Shown here piece after piece: positions 37,736 through 47,985 of a stretch of 64,000 nucleotides of DNA; position 1 is the stretch's first letter, and each line of letters starts with the position of its first letter. Under the pieces are notes generated by a model. The model was not told the DNA's origin, ran no database searches, and saw only the letters and a program-made list of their open reading frames with translations. The stretch comes from Phycisphaerales bacterium. Lineage in GTDB: Bacteria > Planctomycetota > Phycisphaerae > WQYP01. The stretch lies in the NCBI GenBank assembly GCA_027451365.1, contig DAIDJN010000056.1:98924-162923 (forward strand), written 5' to 3'. The position numbers and the translations under genes are program-made.

Positions 37736-40700
37736 CTATAACTTGCACCGGAAGGAATATGTCCCGGACGGGACTTCAAAACGAATATGGCCATCCCGCG
37801 CTGGCAGTAAATGGAATTGCCGCTGAAAAATATCCGATTCCGCGGAATCGCTTAATCGAATATCCGCGGCGCGCCGCGCCGGCAGAATGATGATGGCCGT
37901 AGTTCCAATCGGTATCTGTACATCCAAAACGAGCCGGCCAGAGGCCGCCTGCCAATGAATCGAAATAGGGCCACATGGAGATTGAAAAGTTCCGCGGCAC
38001 CAGCGAACTTCCGGCGTGGGGCGGGGATGAACGACAAATTTCCGCCAGCCCGGCACGGCTTCATCCGGTGTTAAACCGGCCACATAATTCCAAATCCATT
38101 CACCAATGGAACTCCATGGCCAATGGTTTAAGGAAAGGGTCACCACCTGTCCCTTTTCGTAGGCGTTAAAAGATTCCCAAAATGTTGTACCGATGGAATC
38201 CACCATATATCCCCATGATGGCCGCGTGATCTGATTGACCATGCGGCTGGCCACATCATGACGACCGAGGCGCGACAGGCATTGCACCAGGGCGCGGGTA
38301 CTTAAAAATCCGGTTGTCAGGTGCCCGTGATTATTGGCGATCGCCGCAATCAGATGGTTCATTGCGCCGGTGCGCTGCGGTCCATCCAGCAGATCAAACT
38401 CAAGCGCCAGAGCGTAGCTTCCCTGAGCATTTCCGGGAATAAAGCCATCCGGTTGGACATACCTCGCCACAAAGGCTTTGCGAATGGCGGCAAACAGCGA
38501 ACCATAGCGCGTGGCCTGGGCATTGTCGCCCAATACCCGCGCCGATCGAGCCAGCAGGTCTGTGCTATGGGCAAAATAGGCGGTGGCGGCCAAATCGTTG
38601 GGTGTTACCGGGGTGCCCGCGCTCAGCCAGTCGCCCCAGTCCTGACCACGATTGTTCAACCACAAATGATTCGGGTTATGCCGGGCGACAAAATCCACCC
38701 AACGCTTCATGGCGGAATAATGCTTTTCCAGAATCGTGATATCACCGGTGGCGCGGAAGACATCCCAACCCATACACAGCGCGCCATCCGCCCAGCCCGG
38801 CGACCCGGCGGCGATCGTCGTGCCGCGCAACTGTGCATGCGGGCAGATGTCCGTGAATTGACCCGCGGGAAGCTGGGAATCCCGGGTGTCCTGCAGATAT
38901 TTGGTAAAAAATGCGGCCCCATCCATATTCAGCATGGCGGTGTTCACGCAGTCGCGTATGTCACCCAGCCACGCCAGGCGTTCCGCGCGTGCCGCACAGC
39001 CGGCGGGAACATCAAACAGCATATTCCACTGTGTCCACCGCGCGGCCATCATTAATTTATTGAACAATGGATTGGAACAGGAAAATGCGCTCACGGTGGA
39101 CAGATTATTCCGCACTGGCTGGCCAATCAGTGTGTCGGCTTGGGGCCGCTCCGGCAAACCAGTAATTTCAACATATCTGAATCCATGCCATGTAAAATGC
39201 GGTTCAAACACTTCCCGGCCCGTTCCCGCAAGATACACATCGTCACGTTGAAGCGCGTCCCATAAATTGGCTTTGTCGATCGCTCCATCCGGGGTCAGGC
39301 ATTCGGCATGACGCAGCGTGATATGCGTGCCCGCCGCGCCGGAAGCGGTAAGCCGGCAATGGCCGGAAAATTCCTGGCCAAAATCAAACAGGTAAACCCC
39401 GGGCGAGGTCTCCTTCCGCGCGACCGGGCGCAGCGGCTGCTGGCGGACGGCAGGTGGCGTGCGATGCCAGGCCAGGATCGCCTGATCCAGTGGAATGGCA
39501 TATGCCGCCGCCCACTGGTGGTCATTAAAGGTAGCGGATTGCCAGCCCGGAATCTTCATGCCCAAATCGTGGCATTCGCCGGCCAGCGGATCGCCATAGC
39601 GGATATGCCCATTCAGCGTGGATTTCCAATGCTTGTCTGTGGTCATGACAACCCGCTGGCCGTTGGTCAGTTCAATTTCCAGTTGTACCAGAAGTTTTGG
39701 AACGTAGCCGAATATGTAGCACATATCAAAAAGATTCATGTGTCCGGCGTACCAGCCGTAACCGAGTAGCGCGGAAATGGCATTGTCGCCGGGTTCAAGA
39801 AGATGCGTCACATCGTGAACGTCATACAGGACCCGTTTATCAAATTCGGTGAAACCCGGTGCCAGTCGGCCATTGGAAACAGATTTGCCATTAATGCCAA
39901 GTTCATAAAATCCGCGGGCGGTGGAATAGAGCACAGCGGCGCGTATGGATGTGGGCAGCGAAAATGTCCGCCGCATGCACGCCACCCGTGAGGTGGTCTG
40001 TCCCCACGGCACGCCATCCACCTTTACCACCAGTTCCGCTGGTGTGGCGATATTCCAATGCAGCGGGGAAACAAAATTGTCCAACGGTCGCCACGGGTCG
40101 CCGGGCGCGGCGGGCTGATATCCGACGGAGAACGTTCCGGTTGTCAGATACCGGCTGGATATGTCCTTGGTTTCCACTGAATCCAGACAGGTTACAGCCG
40201 CGCCCTGGGCAATATTGCGTCCCGCGCTGAAAACCTGAAATCCACCCAGCGCAAAAGCCCAGAAGCGACAATCCCAATAGGGCAGACGGGTGACCGTAAG
40301 CCGCACATATCGCGCGGTAACGGGGGGAAAATGGAAGCGAGGTGCCGGAATGACGGGCGGCCGCGGGCTGGGCACATCCGCGCGGGTCTGGTCTACCACG
40401 GTGCGGGCGTCGGAAAAGTTTTTGTGTGTGGCCGCTTCAATGCGGAAGCGGAGCGGATAAAGGAAAGAGGCGTAATCCGATTGCAAAAAGGCGGGGCGCG
40501 CAGGATCCAGCTGCACGCCGTCAATCGACTTGGCCTGACCGAGGTCCAGCACTATCCATTTGGCGGCGTCCGCGCGATCGGCGATTTGGCTGCGGTAACA
40601 ATGAATCGGCACCCGTGGCATATTTTCCACTTTGGCCAGTGTCGAATCGGTCAGCCATTGCGCCTGCCAGTCGGATTGCTGCAACAAACCCATCGTCCAG

Positions 40701-41221
40701 CGGGCGGGCTGACTCCAGTTGGACATCCGCCCGGACTGATCCTTTACGCGAACCCGCCACAGGCAGACCTGCCGTGATAAAAGTGGCTTTCCGCCATAAA
40801 CAATCTGCATATCCGCGTGCGCGGGCAGCAGTCCAGAATCCCATAAATCCGGATTGCCGGATTCGAAAAACTGCGGGTCGGACACCACCTGCACCTGACA
40901 CGCGGTTTGGGAAAGCCCCCGCGCAAGTTTATCCGCGCATTCCAACCGCCAGGTCAGCACTGGCGATTGATCATCAACCCCAGCGGGATCCACAAGATGC
41001 GCACAGCGCAATTCCGTCGGTTTGATCGGCGAAAACAGGTGCCTGACGCGCGCGCGTGGGGATTTGCCGTGCGGACCTGTCGCAAGTCCGGCCCCGGTTG
41101 CAGCGCTTGCCTGCAGTAGTCGGCGACGGGAAATGGTTATTCCACCGGATGGAGAACTGTTTGTTTTCTTCCGCCGCTCATTCACGTGAATACTCCAAAA
41201 TCCGTAAAAATAACTGATCAC
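37736..41221 (-). CDS. Tat-exported alpha-L-rhamnosidase (GH78) with discoidin/F5-8 type C domain
   Basis: 1161 aa. Tat motif ISRRRLLQASAATGAGLA; a discoidin-like segment (...VTARYVRLTVTRL...); then the rhamnosidase N-terminal, (alpha/alpha)6-barrel and C-terminal regions (GQDWGDWLSAG..., FWESFN..., WPWSSIGEWIW). The start is GTG at 41221 or a nearby in-frame GTG. Confidence 0.75.
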   Translation of the reverse strand: MISYFYGFWSIHVNERRKKTNSSPSGGITISRRRLLQASAATGAGLATGPHGKSPRARVRHLFSPIKPTELRCAHLVDPAGVDDQSPVLTWRLECADKLARGLSQTACQVQVVSDPQFFESGNPDLWDSGLLPAHADMQIVYGGKPLLSRQVCLWRVRVKDQSGRMSNWSQPARWTMGLLQQSDWQAQWLTDSTLAKVENMPRVPIHCYRSQIADRADAAKWIVLDLGQAKSIDGVQLDPARPAFLQSDYASFLYPLRFRIEAATHKNFSDARTVVDQTRADVPSPRPPVIPAPRFHFPPVTARYVRLTVTRLPYWDCRFWAFALGGFQVFSAGRNIAQGAAVTCLDSVETKDISSRYLTTGTFSVGYQPAAPGDPWRPLDNFVSPLHWNIATPAELVVKVDGVPWGQTTSRVACMRRTFSLPTSIRAAVLYSTARGFYELGINGKSVSNGRLAPGFTEFDKRVLYDVHDVTHLLEPGDNAISALLGYGWYAGHMNLFDMCYIFGYVPKLLVQLEIELTNGQRVVMTTDKHWKSTLNGHIRYGDPLAGECHDLGMKIPGWQSATFNDHQWAAAYAIPLDQAILAWHRTPPAVRQQPLRPVARKETSPGVYLFDFGQEFSGHCRLTASGAAGTHITLRHAECLTPDGAIDKANLWDALQRDDVYLAGTGREVFEPHFTWHGFRYVEITGLPERPQADTLIGQPVRNNLSTVSAFSCSNPLFNKLMMAARWTQWNMLFDVPAGCAARAERLAWLGDIRDCVNTAMLNMDGAAFFTKYLQDTRDSQLPAGQFTDICPHAQLRGTTIAAGSPGWADGALCMGWDVFRATGDITILEKHYSAMKRWVDFVARHNPNHLWLNNRGQDWGDWLSAGTPVTPNDLAATAYFAHSTDLLARSARVLGDNAQATRYGSLFAAIRKAFVARYVQPDGFIPGNAQGSYALALEFDLLDGPQRTGAMNHLIAAIANNHGHLTTGFLSTRALVQCLSRLGRHDVASRMVNQITRPSWGYMVDSIGTTFWESFNAYEKGQVVTLSLNHWPWSSIGEWIWNYVAGLTPDEAVPGWRKFVVHPRPTPEVRWCRGTFQSPCGPISIHWQAASGRLVLDVQIPIGTTAIIILPARRAADIRLSDSAESDIFQRQFHLLPARDGHIRFEVPSGTYSFRCKL

Positions 41222-41451
41222 CGCCCGGAAGCGGATTCAACTCTTGGATATTTCACCGTAGAAGTTAGCATAATGCAGTTTTGAATTATAAAACAGGTCC
41301 GTACCTGGTATTCTGACGACGAAAGCGATTTTTCCGGCTTTTAGATGCCCGCCCATCCAGTCCGGCAAACAATATAGAACCTTCTACCGCACGGACGAAA
41401 AGTCGGTTAATCTATTGACTGGTATGACACGGCATTTGAAAGGGGTATCAC

Positions 41452-41721
41452 ATGCATCGCATTACGCTGCTGGTAAAACCGAATTGTGACGCCTGTAAAG
41501 CGGTTCGGCGCGTCATTGAACTGGTGGTCACACCGCATGTTCCGGCGGTTATTGAGGAAATTGACATTACCCGCGATCCAGCCCTGCTGGAAAAATACCA
41601 GAACCGCACCCCGGTGGTGCTGGTGGATGGCGTCGAGAAATTTGCCGGTTCCGTGGATCCGGACAAACTGGCCCAGTTATTTTACGATGAACTTGGCGAA
41701 AAATTACTGGGTTTTAACTGA
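41452..41721 (+). CDS. glutaredoxin-like thioredoxin-fold protein
   Basis: AAAGGGG RBS; LLVKPNCDACKAV CxxC motif in a Grx-like context. Confidence 0.65.
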   Translation: MHRITLLVKPNCDACKAVRRVIELVVTPHVPAVIEEIDITRDPALLEKYQNRTPVVLVDGVEKFAGSVDPDKLAQLFYDELGEKLLGFN

Positions 41722-41816
41722 ATCGCTGGTTCGCTTTTCGGGCCGGTCCGCCGCGCTGGCAATCCGTTGTCGGGGCCAGAGAGTTCCGGCTGCCCACCCT
41801 TGGAGATATCCCCGCC

Positions 41817-42257
41817 ATGACAGAGCCAATTGATCATGCCCTGAGCCAATATCCCTCCGAAAGCCGCCTGGCCATCCGCGTGCGTTATGTGGAATGCGAT
41901 CCAATGGGCTATCTGCATCATTCAAATTATCTGCCGTTTTTTGAAATGGGGCGAACTGAATTGCTCCGTTTGCGCGGCATCAGCTACCGCACTCTGGAAC
42001 AAGAGGGCTTCTTCTTTGTCGTGGCGAAAATAAGCGTATCGTTCAAACGCGCCGCCCGTTACGACGACCAGCTTGACCTTTTAACAAGGATTGTGCGTCA
42101 GACCCATGTCCGCATTGACCACGCCTATGAGATTTACAACACGGCTGATAATCGGCTTTTGTGTACTGCCGAAACCACCATCGCATGCGTGAATCGCCAG
42201 GGGCAGGTCATTGCGATTCCCGCTGGTCTGTCCGGCTCGGCTGGAGCCGCCCCATGA
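41817..42257 (+). CDS. acyl-CoA thioesterase (YbgC/4HBT hotdog fold)
   Basis: VRYVECDPMGYLHHSNYLPFFEMGRTELLR is a typical 4HBT active-site region. Confidence 0.85.
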   Translation: MTEPIDHALSQYPSESRLAIRVRYVECDPMGYLHHSNYLPFFEMGRTELLRLRGISYRTLEQEGFFFVVAKISVSFKRAARYDDQLDLLTRIVRQTHVRIDHAYEIYNTADNRLLCTAETTIACVNRQGQVIAIPAGLSGSAGAAP

Positions 42258-42306
42258 ACCGCGCCAACCGCCCGACTTGTCCAGCCTTGTCCCGCCAAAA
42301 TGAATC

Positions 42307-43650
42307 ATGATGGACCATCAATCCAACTTAGCCGCCAAATCAAATGATGGCACGAACCATGCCGATCTGCTGATTCTTGGTGCCGGTGCGGCAGGAATGA
42401 TGGCCGCCGTGGCCTGCGCGGAATACCGCCAGAAGTGCAATCTGCCGCCGCGCCGCATTGTGGTCCTCGAGAAAAATCCACGGGCTGGCATTAAGGTGCT
42501 CGTGTGCGGCGGCGGACGCTGCAACCTTACCAACGCGGGCGACCGACAATTTCTGATTACGCAATTCGGCCGCAATGGTCGATTTCTTGCCCCGGCGCTG
42601 CACCATCTGGATAACGACGGGTTGCGTGCCTGGTTTACCGCCCAGGGTGTGCCCACGCATGAAGAACATGACGGAAAAATTTATCCCGATTCCAATCAGG
42701 CCAGCAGCGTGGTCAATGCCTTGCTTGCCGCCATGCTCCGGCTGGATGTGCAGGTTCAGGCGGGCGCGGCCCATGCCGCCGCCGTCGTGCAGCGCGATGC
42801 GGCCACCGATGAATTTCTGATTGACACTGTCGGTGGAATTCATTGGCGGGCGACCGCGCTGCTGATTGCCGTCGGCGGTCAAAGCTATACCCGCATGGGT
42901 ACCACCGGCGATGGCTATCGTTTCGCAGAGGCCCTTGGACATGTGGTGGTTACGCCTCGGCCCGCAATTGTGCCGCTGTTGTGCAAACAGGCGTGGGTGT
43001 GTGAGCTTCAGGGATTGGCCGTGCCGGATGTGGAAGTACGGATCGAGGCTCCCGGTCCGTTGCCTCGCCTGGCCACCGGTAAGCCGACGCCCAGTGTCAA
43101 TGATCTTTTGTTTACACATTTTGGCCTTTCCGGCCCGGCGGTGCTGAACGTATCGGAAATTATCGCCGAACTGTTGGAAAAATTTTCCGATATGACACTG
43201 CGGATCGATTTCGTCCGGCACCAGACGCGTGAGCAACTCGCCGATCGCATGCGGCACTGGCGCGATGCCCATGGGCGCAAACTGGTCCGGACCATGCTCG
43301 GCGAATGGGTTCCCCAGCGCCTGGCGGATATGTTCTGCCGACTCGCCGGGGTGGAAGAATCGCAAATATGCTCTCAGGTTGCCGCCCAGCATATTCACGC
43401 CCTTCTGGAACTGATCAAAACTTGTCGCGTCACGGTGTATGCCACCCGCGGTTTTAAGGAAGCCATGGTCACAGCGGGCGGCGTCCGGCTGGACCAGGTG
43501 AATCCCCAAACCATGGAATCCCGCAATTGCCGCCGTCTGTTTCTGGCTGGTGAGGTGTTGGATTTAACCGGTCCCAGCGGCGGATATAATCTGCAACTGG
43601 CGTTTTCCACGGGCCACCTGGCCGGCCAAAGCGCCGCACAAATATTATGA
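42307..43650 (+). CDS. HI0933-like (BaiN/aminoacetone oxidase family) NAD(P)/FAD flavoprotein
   Basis: N-terminal dinucleotide fold LLILGAGAAGMMAA; VLVCGGGRCNLTN motif. Confidence 0.85.
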   Translation: MMDHQSNLAAKSNDGTNHADLLILGAGAAGMMAAVACAEYRQKCNLPPRRIVVLEKNPRAGIKVLVCGGGRCNLTNAGDRQFLITQFGRNGRFLAPALHHLDNDGLRAWFTAQGVPTHEEHDGKIYPDSNQASSVVNALLAAMLRLDVQVQAGAAHAAAVVQRDAATDEFLIDTVGGIHWRATALLIAVGGQSYTRMGTTGDGYRFAEALGHVVVTPRPAIVPLLCKQAWVCELQGLAVPDVEVRIEAPGPLPRLATGKPTPSVNDLLFTHFGLSGPAVLNVSEIIAELLEKFSDMTLRIDFVRHQTREQLADRMRHWRDAHGRKLVRTMLGEWVPQRLADMFCRLAGVEESQICSQVAAQHIHALLELIKTCRVTVYATRGFKEAMVTAGGVRLDQVNPQTMESRNCRRLFLAGEVLDLTGPSGGYNLQLAFSTGHLAGQSAAQIL

Positions 43651-43737
43651 ATCCGCCGCGAAGGGCGGATTCCGGCCAAAGTTGCCCATTTCATGCGGGC
43701 GTTTGAATGAATAGCATCTCGGATTTACACTTCTTTC

Positions 43738-44718
43738 ATGAATCAGGAATCACACACCACGCTCCAGAATGCCGCAATCGCGGAAACGATTGCCATTGTC
43801 GGAGTCGGGTTGCTTGGGGCGTCCCTCGGTCTGGCTGTCAAAAAGGCGGGTCTGTGCGGACGCGTGATCGGCATAGGGCGAGCCGATTCTCCATCGTTGG
43901 AACAGGCCAAACAGATCGGCGCGATTGATGAAGGCTTTGTGGATCCGGCCGCCGGTGCCGCCACTGCCCAGATTGTCGTGCTGGCCGCAAATGTCGGTCA
44001 GTTTCCAGCGCTCATGGACCAGTTGCGGCCCGCGCTGGCACCAGGCGCTCTGGTAACGGACGTGGGGTCTACCAAAGTGCGGGTCATGCGCTGGGCGGCC
44101 CGTCATTTGCCCGATACGTGTGATTTTATCGGGTCGCATCCGATGGCCGGCTCCGAAAAACGCGGCCCGCTGGCCGCCCGTGCCGACCTTTACCAGAATG
44201 CGCTTTGCCTGCTTTGTGCGCCGGTCGTGCGGGGGCGGGGCAACGCAACGCCTTCGCGCATCAGTGCGGCCATTGCAAAGGCCGACGCTCTCTGGCGAGG
44301 AATCGGAATGCGCACGCTCCAACTCGACGCCCGCCAGCACGATTCCTGGGTCGCGGCAATCAGCCACCTGCCCCATGCCGTCGCCGTCGCCACTGTGTTG
44401 GCCGCCGCCCGCACGCCCCAGGCGTTTCCCGCCATCGCTGGTGGCTTTATGGATACCACGCGCGTCGCCGGCGGAGACCCGGCCATGTGGGCCGACATTT
44501 TTCTGACCAATCGCGGACCAGCCCGCCGCGAAATAACTGAAATGATCCGGAACCTTAAAAAGTTGCAGTCGGCGATATCCAGCAATGACCGAGCCAGAGT
44601 CCTGGATATTCTCCAACAGGCTCGGACACTGCGCGCGGATATTGCCGCAAGTCGAGCCGCCCTGAACACAAGACCCCCGTCCCCCGTGGAAACTGCCGGC
44701 GGGAGCGGGCATTTATAA
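43738..44718 (+). CDS. tyrA: prephenate/arogenate dehydrogenase
   Basis: Rossmann IAIVGVGLLGASLGLAVKKAG; GSHPMAGSEKRG catalytic motif. Confidence 0.85.
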   Translation: MNQESHTTLQNAAIAETIAIVGVGLLGASLGLAVKKAGLCGRVIGIGRADSPSLEQAKQIGAIDEGFVDPAAGAATAQIVVLAANVGQFPALMDQLRPALAPGALVTDVGSTKVRVMRWAARHLPDTCDFIGSHPMAGSEKRGPLAARADLYQNALCLLCAPVVRGRGNATPSRISAAIAKADALWRGIGMRTLQLDARQHDSWVAAISHLPHAVAVATVLAAARTPQAFPAIAGGFMDTTRVAGGDPAMWADIFLTNRGPARREITEMIRNLKKLQSAISSNDRARVLDILQQARTLRADIAASRAALNTRPPSPVETAGGSGHL

Positions 44719-44885
44719 CTGGACGATAATCGCGCATAATACCGCCTTGGACCGACGTACGACGGCAGGCTGTCTGTCGCCGAAGCGCGCGATGTGAAGG
44801 GTCGCGCGTTCGAACGGAAGCGGGCGTCAAAGGATAGATGCGACCGGCCGAAAAAATGCCGGGCCAGCGTTCGGAGCTTTATTGC

Positions 44886-47861
44886 ATGGCAGTTTTTCGT
44901 GTTGAAATTCACCCCCGGAACCCCGCCGACGATCCGGCGGGTGCCGCCCTGATGAGCGAAATTCGCCAATTGGGCATTGCCGATGTCCAGCAGGTGCGTA
45001 CGGCGCGGCTCTTTTTGTTGCAGGCCTCCGGACTGCCTGGCGAAAATAACGGGACGCTTTGCGAATCGCGGGTGCAGCTCATTGCCGATGAACTGCTCGC
45101 GGACCCGGTGACCGAGCGGTTTGTGATCGGTGCGGCCCCGGTGACCGATGGCCGCCTTGTGGAAGTGCATTTAAAACCCGGAGTGATGGACCCGGTGGCG
45201 GCCAGCACGGAACTGGCCATTGCCGACCTTCTGGGTGTGCCACGGGGTGAAAAAACATTGCCCGCCGAAGTGCGCACCGGCCGACAATATATACTCTCTG
45301 GAACGCTATCTTCGCAGGTCGCAGCCGACCTCGCCCATCGCCTGATGGCCAATGACAGCATTGAAGAAATTCATTTTTCCCCCTTTTTGCCTGCGGAATT
45401 TCCCCGCGGCCGTGAATATGCGTTCAAGCGCGTGGAGGTCGCTATTCGGAATCTTTCAACCGATGAACTCGCGCAGCTTTCGCGGCGCGGACATCTGTTT
45501 CTGGATACAGCCGAAATGCATGCGATTCAGGATTATTTCCGCCAGCAGGGCCGCGACCCGACCGATGTGGAACTTGAAACTCTCGCCCAGACCTGGAGTG
45601 AGCATTGTGTGCACAAAACACTTAAGGCCAGAGTGCATTTCACCCATCATCCGGCACAAACCGATAACTCCGGCCATGAACACCATGCTCCTGGCGACCA
45701 TGCCGAAACCATTGATAATCTGGTCAAGTCCACCATTTTCCGCGCCACAAGTGAATTGGGGCTGGATTGGACCCTGAGCGTATTCAAGGACAACGCCGGC
45801 GTTATCGCCCTGGACGACACCCACGCCGTCTGCATGAAAGTGGAAACCCACAACCGCCCTTCGGCCATTGAGCCTTACGGCGGGGCGGCCACGGGAATTG
45901 GTGGCTGCATTCGCGATGTGATAGGTACCGGCGGGGGGGCCAAACCGTTCGCGTCAACCGATGTATTCTGCTTTGCCGACCCGCGAACCCCCCAGGAAAA
46001 AGTGCCCGCCGGCGTCATTCACCCGCGGCGCACCGCCCAGCGCGTGGTGGCCGGTGTGCGCGATTACGGAAACCGCATGGGTATTCCAACGGTAAATGGC
46101 GCGGTTTATTTTGACCCGCGCTATATCGGTAATCCGCTGGTATTTTGCGGTGCTGTCGGATTACTGCCGCGATCCATGGCGCAAAAAGGGGAAGCCCGAC
46201 CCGGTGATCGTATTGTTCTAATTGGCGGACGGACCGGCCGCGATGGCATTCACGGGGCCACATTTTCCAGCGACGTCCTGACCGACAAACATGGCGACGA
46301 ATTCAGCCACGCCGTCCAGATCGGCAACGCCATTACGGAAAAGAAAATGCTGGATGTTATTCTGCAGGCGCGCGATTATCCAGACGGTCCACTGTTTGTC
46401 GCCATGACCGACTGCGGTGCCGGCGGTCTTTCCAGCGCTATTGGGGAAATGGCCGGCCAAACCGGTGCGACCGTGGAACTGGACCGGGCACCTTTGAAAT
46501 ACCAGGGCCTCAACTATGCGGAAATCTGGATCAGCGAAGCCCAGGAACGCATGGTGTTGGCGGTTCCACCGGAAAAAGTTCAGACGCTGCTCAACCTGGC
46601 TGCCGGCGAAGATGTCGAAGCTGTGGATATCGGCCTGTTTGACGGCACTGGTCGCCTGACCCTGCACTATCAGGGACATAGCGTCGCCTCCATGGATATG
46701 GCCTTTATTCATGACGGTCTGCCCCGCCCGACGCGTACCGCCGTCTGGCAGGAGCCGGTGCTGGCGGATCCGGTGCTTTCGCCGCCCGATAATTATGCCC
46801 AGGTTCTCGAATCGCTGTTTTCGATGCCAACTCTGGCCAGCAAGCACTGGATCATCCGCCAGTACGATCATGAAGTGCAGGGGGGTACAGTCGTGAAGCC
46901 TCTGGTTGGCCCGCAGGGCGATGGTCCCGGCGATGGCGCCGTGCTTTGTCCCGTGCCCGGAAACGTGCGCGGTGTAGCGCTGGCGGTGGGTTGTCAGCCC
47001 CGTTTTGGCGATATAGACCCATATCAGATGGCCCTTAATGGCATGGATGAAGCGATTCGCAATGTCGTGTGTGTCGGCGGAGATCCCAGTCACACCGCCG
47101 TGCTGGATAATTTCTGCTGGCCCAAATGCTCCGATCCCATGCATCTTGGCGCGCTGGTGCGCGCCTGCCAGGCCTGTTATGACGGGGCAATGGCATTCCG
47201 AACGCCATTTATTTCCGGAAAAGATTCCCTTTCCAACGAATTTATAACCGATACGGGTCGCCGGATATGTATTCCATATACGCTCCTTATCAGTGCGATC
47301 AGCATTGTGCCTGACATCCGCCGCTGTATCACCATGGACGCCAAAACTCCGGGCAATCATCTGATTATTGTCGGGAATACCGCACGCGAGCTTGGCGCGT
47401 CGCATTACTGGTCTTTGCGGGGTCACACCGGTCGGTCGGTACCCGTGGTGAATCTGCGGAACGCGCCGCGCGTTCATGCGGCGGTCGCTGGTTTAATATC
47501 CGGCGGGCTGATTGCCTCCGCCCATGACCTTTCAGAGGGTGGTCTGGCTGTCGCTGTGGCGGAAATGCTTTTCGCCGGGCGGCTGGGCGCAACAATTGAC
47601 CTCGCCGCCGTGCCCTGCACCGAGGGGGCGGACAGCGATGAAGTGCTGCTGTTTGCCGAATCCGCTACCCGGTACATTCTGGAAGTGACACCCGAAAACT
47701 TTGATGCCGTGGTCAAGGCATTACGCGGTTTGCGTTTTGGCCTGCTTGGCCAGGTCACGCAAAAGCCGAATCTGGTCATTCGTTCCGCCCGTGCCGGATT
47801 TCTGATCGATGAACCCGTCGAACGCTTCCGTCAGGCGTGGATCAAACCATTGGACTGGTAA
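44886..47861 (+). CDS. purL: phosphoribosylformylglycinamidine synthase subunit PurL fused to two N-terminal PurS-like domains
   Basis: ATG at 44886; PurM-like HNRPSAIEPYGGAATGIGGCIRDVIGTGG and the second AIRS repeat. The N-terminal about 190 aa contain two PurS-like modules (DPAGAAL...VRTARLFLL...LLADPVTERF; DPVAAS...LMANDSIEEIHF). Confidence 0.9.
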   Translation: MAVFRVEIHPRNPADDPAGAALMSEIRQLGIADVQQVRTARLFLLQASGLPGENNGTLCESRVQLIADELLADPVTERFVIGAAPVTDGRLVEVHLKPGVMDPVAASTELAIADLLGVPRGEKTLPAEVRTGRQYILSGTLSSQVAADLAHRLMANDSIEEIHFSPFLPAEFPRGREYAFKRVEVAIRNLSTDELAQLSRRGHLFLDTAEMHAIQDYFRQQGRDPTDVELETLAQTWSEHCVHKTLKARVHFTHHPAQTDNSGHEHHAPGDHAETIDNLVKSTIFRATSELGLDWTLSVFKDNAGVIALDDTHAVCMKVETHNRPSAIEPYGGAATGIGGCIRDVIGTGGGAKPFASTDVFCFADPRTPQEKVPAGVIHPRRTAQRVVAGVRDYGNRMGIPTVNGAVYFDPRYIGNPLVFCGAVGLLPRSMAQKGEARPGDRIVLIGGRTGRDGIHGATFSSDVLTDKHGDEFSHAVQIGNAITEKKMLDVILQARDYPDGPLFVAMTDCGAGGLSSAIGEMAGQTGATVELDRAPLKYQGLNYAEIWISEAQERMVLAVPPEKVQTLLNLAAGEDVEAVDIGLFDGTGRLTLHYQGHSVASMDMAFIHDGLPRPTRTAVWQEPVLADPVLSPPDNYAQVLESLFSMPTLASKHWIIRQYDHEVQGGTVVKPLVGPQGDGPGDGAVLCPVPGNVRGVALAVGCQPRFGDIDPYQMALNGMDEAIRNVVCVGGDPSHTAVLDNFCWPKCSDPMHLGALVRACQACYDGAMAFRTPFISGKDSLSNEFITDTGRRICIPYTLLISAISIVPDIRRCITMDAKTPGNHLIIVGNTARELGASHYWSLRGHTGRSVPVVNLRNAPRVHAAVAGLISGGLIASAHDLSEGGLAVAVAEMLFAGRLGATIDLAAVPCTEGADSDEVLLFAESATRYILEVTPENFDAVVKALRGLRFGLLGQVTQKPNLVIRSARAGFLIDEPVERFRQAWIKPLDW

Positions 47862-47985
47862 ACCGGATTGGCTCAACGGCTGGGTAAACTGAACCGGCAA
47901 ACCCGCGCGGCACCCGCCGCTCGATATCCTTCGGTTGGCCGCCAGCCAGCGCCGCTTTGCGACATCACCACCGTTCCGCCGCTGT

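Noticed and set aside
38321-39055. 244-aa + ORF, and other + ORFs within 37736..41221
   Set aside because: They are antisense to the GH78 rhamnosidase gene, whose conserved C-terminal motifs fix the minus-strand frame.
46218-47477. 419-aa minus-strand ORF, and 43750..45170 (-) ORFs
   Set aside because: These are antisense shadows of purL and tyrA, as is typical of high-GC DNA.
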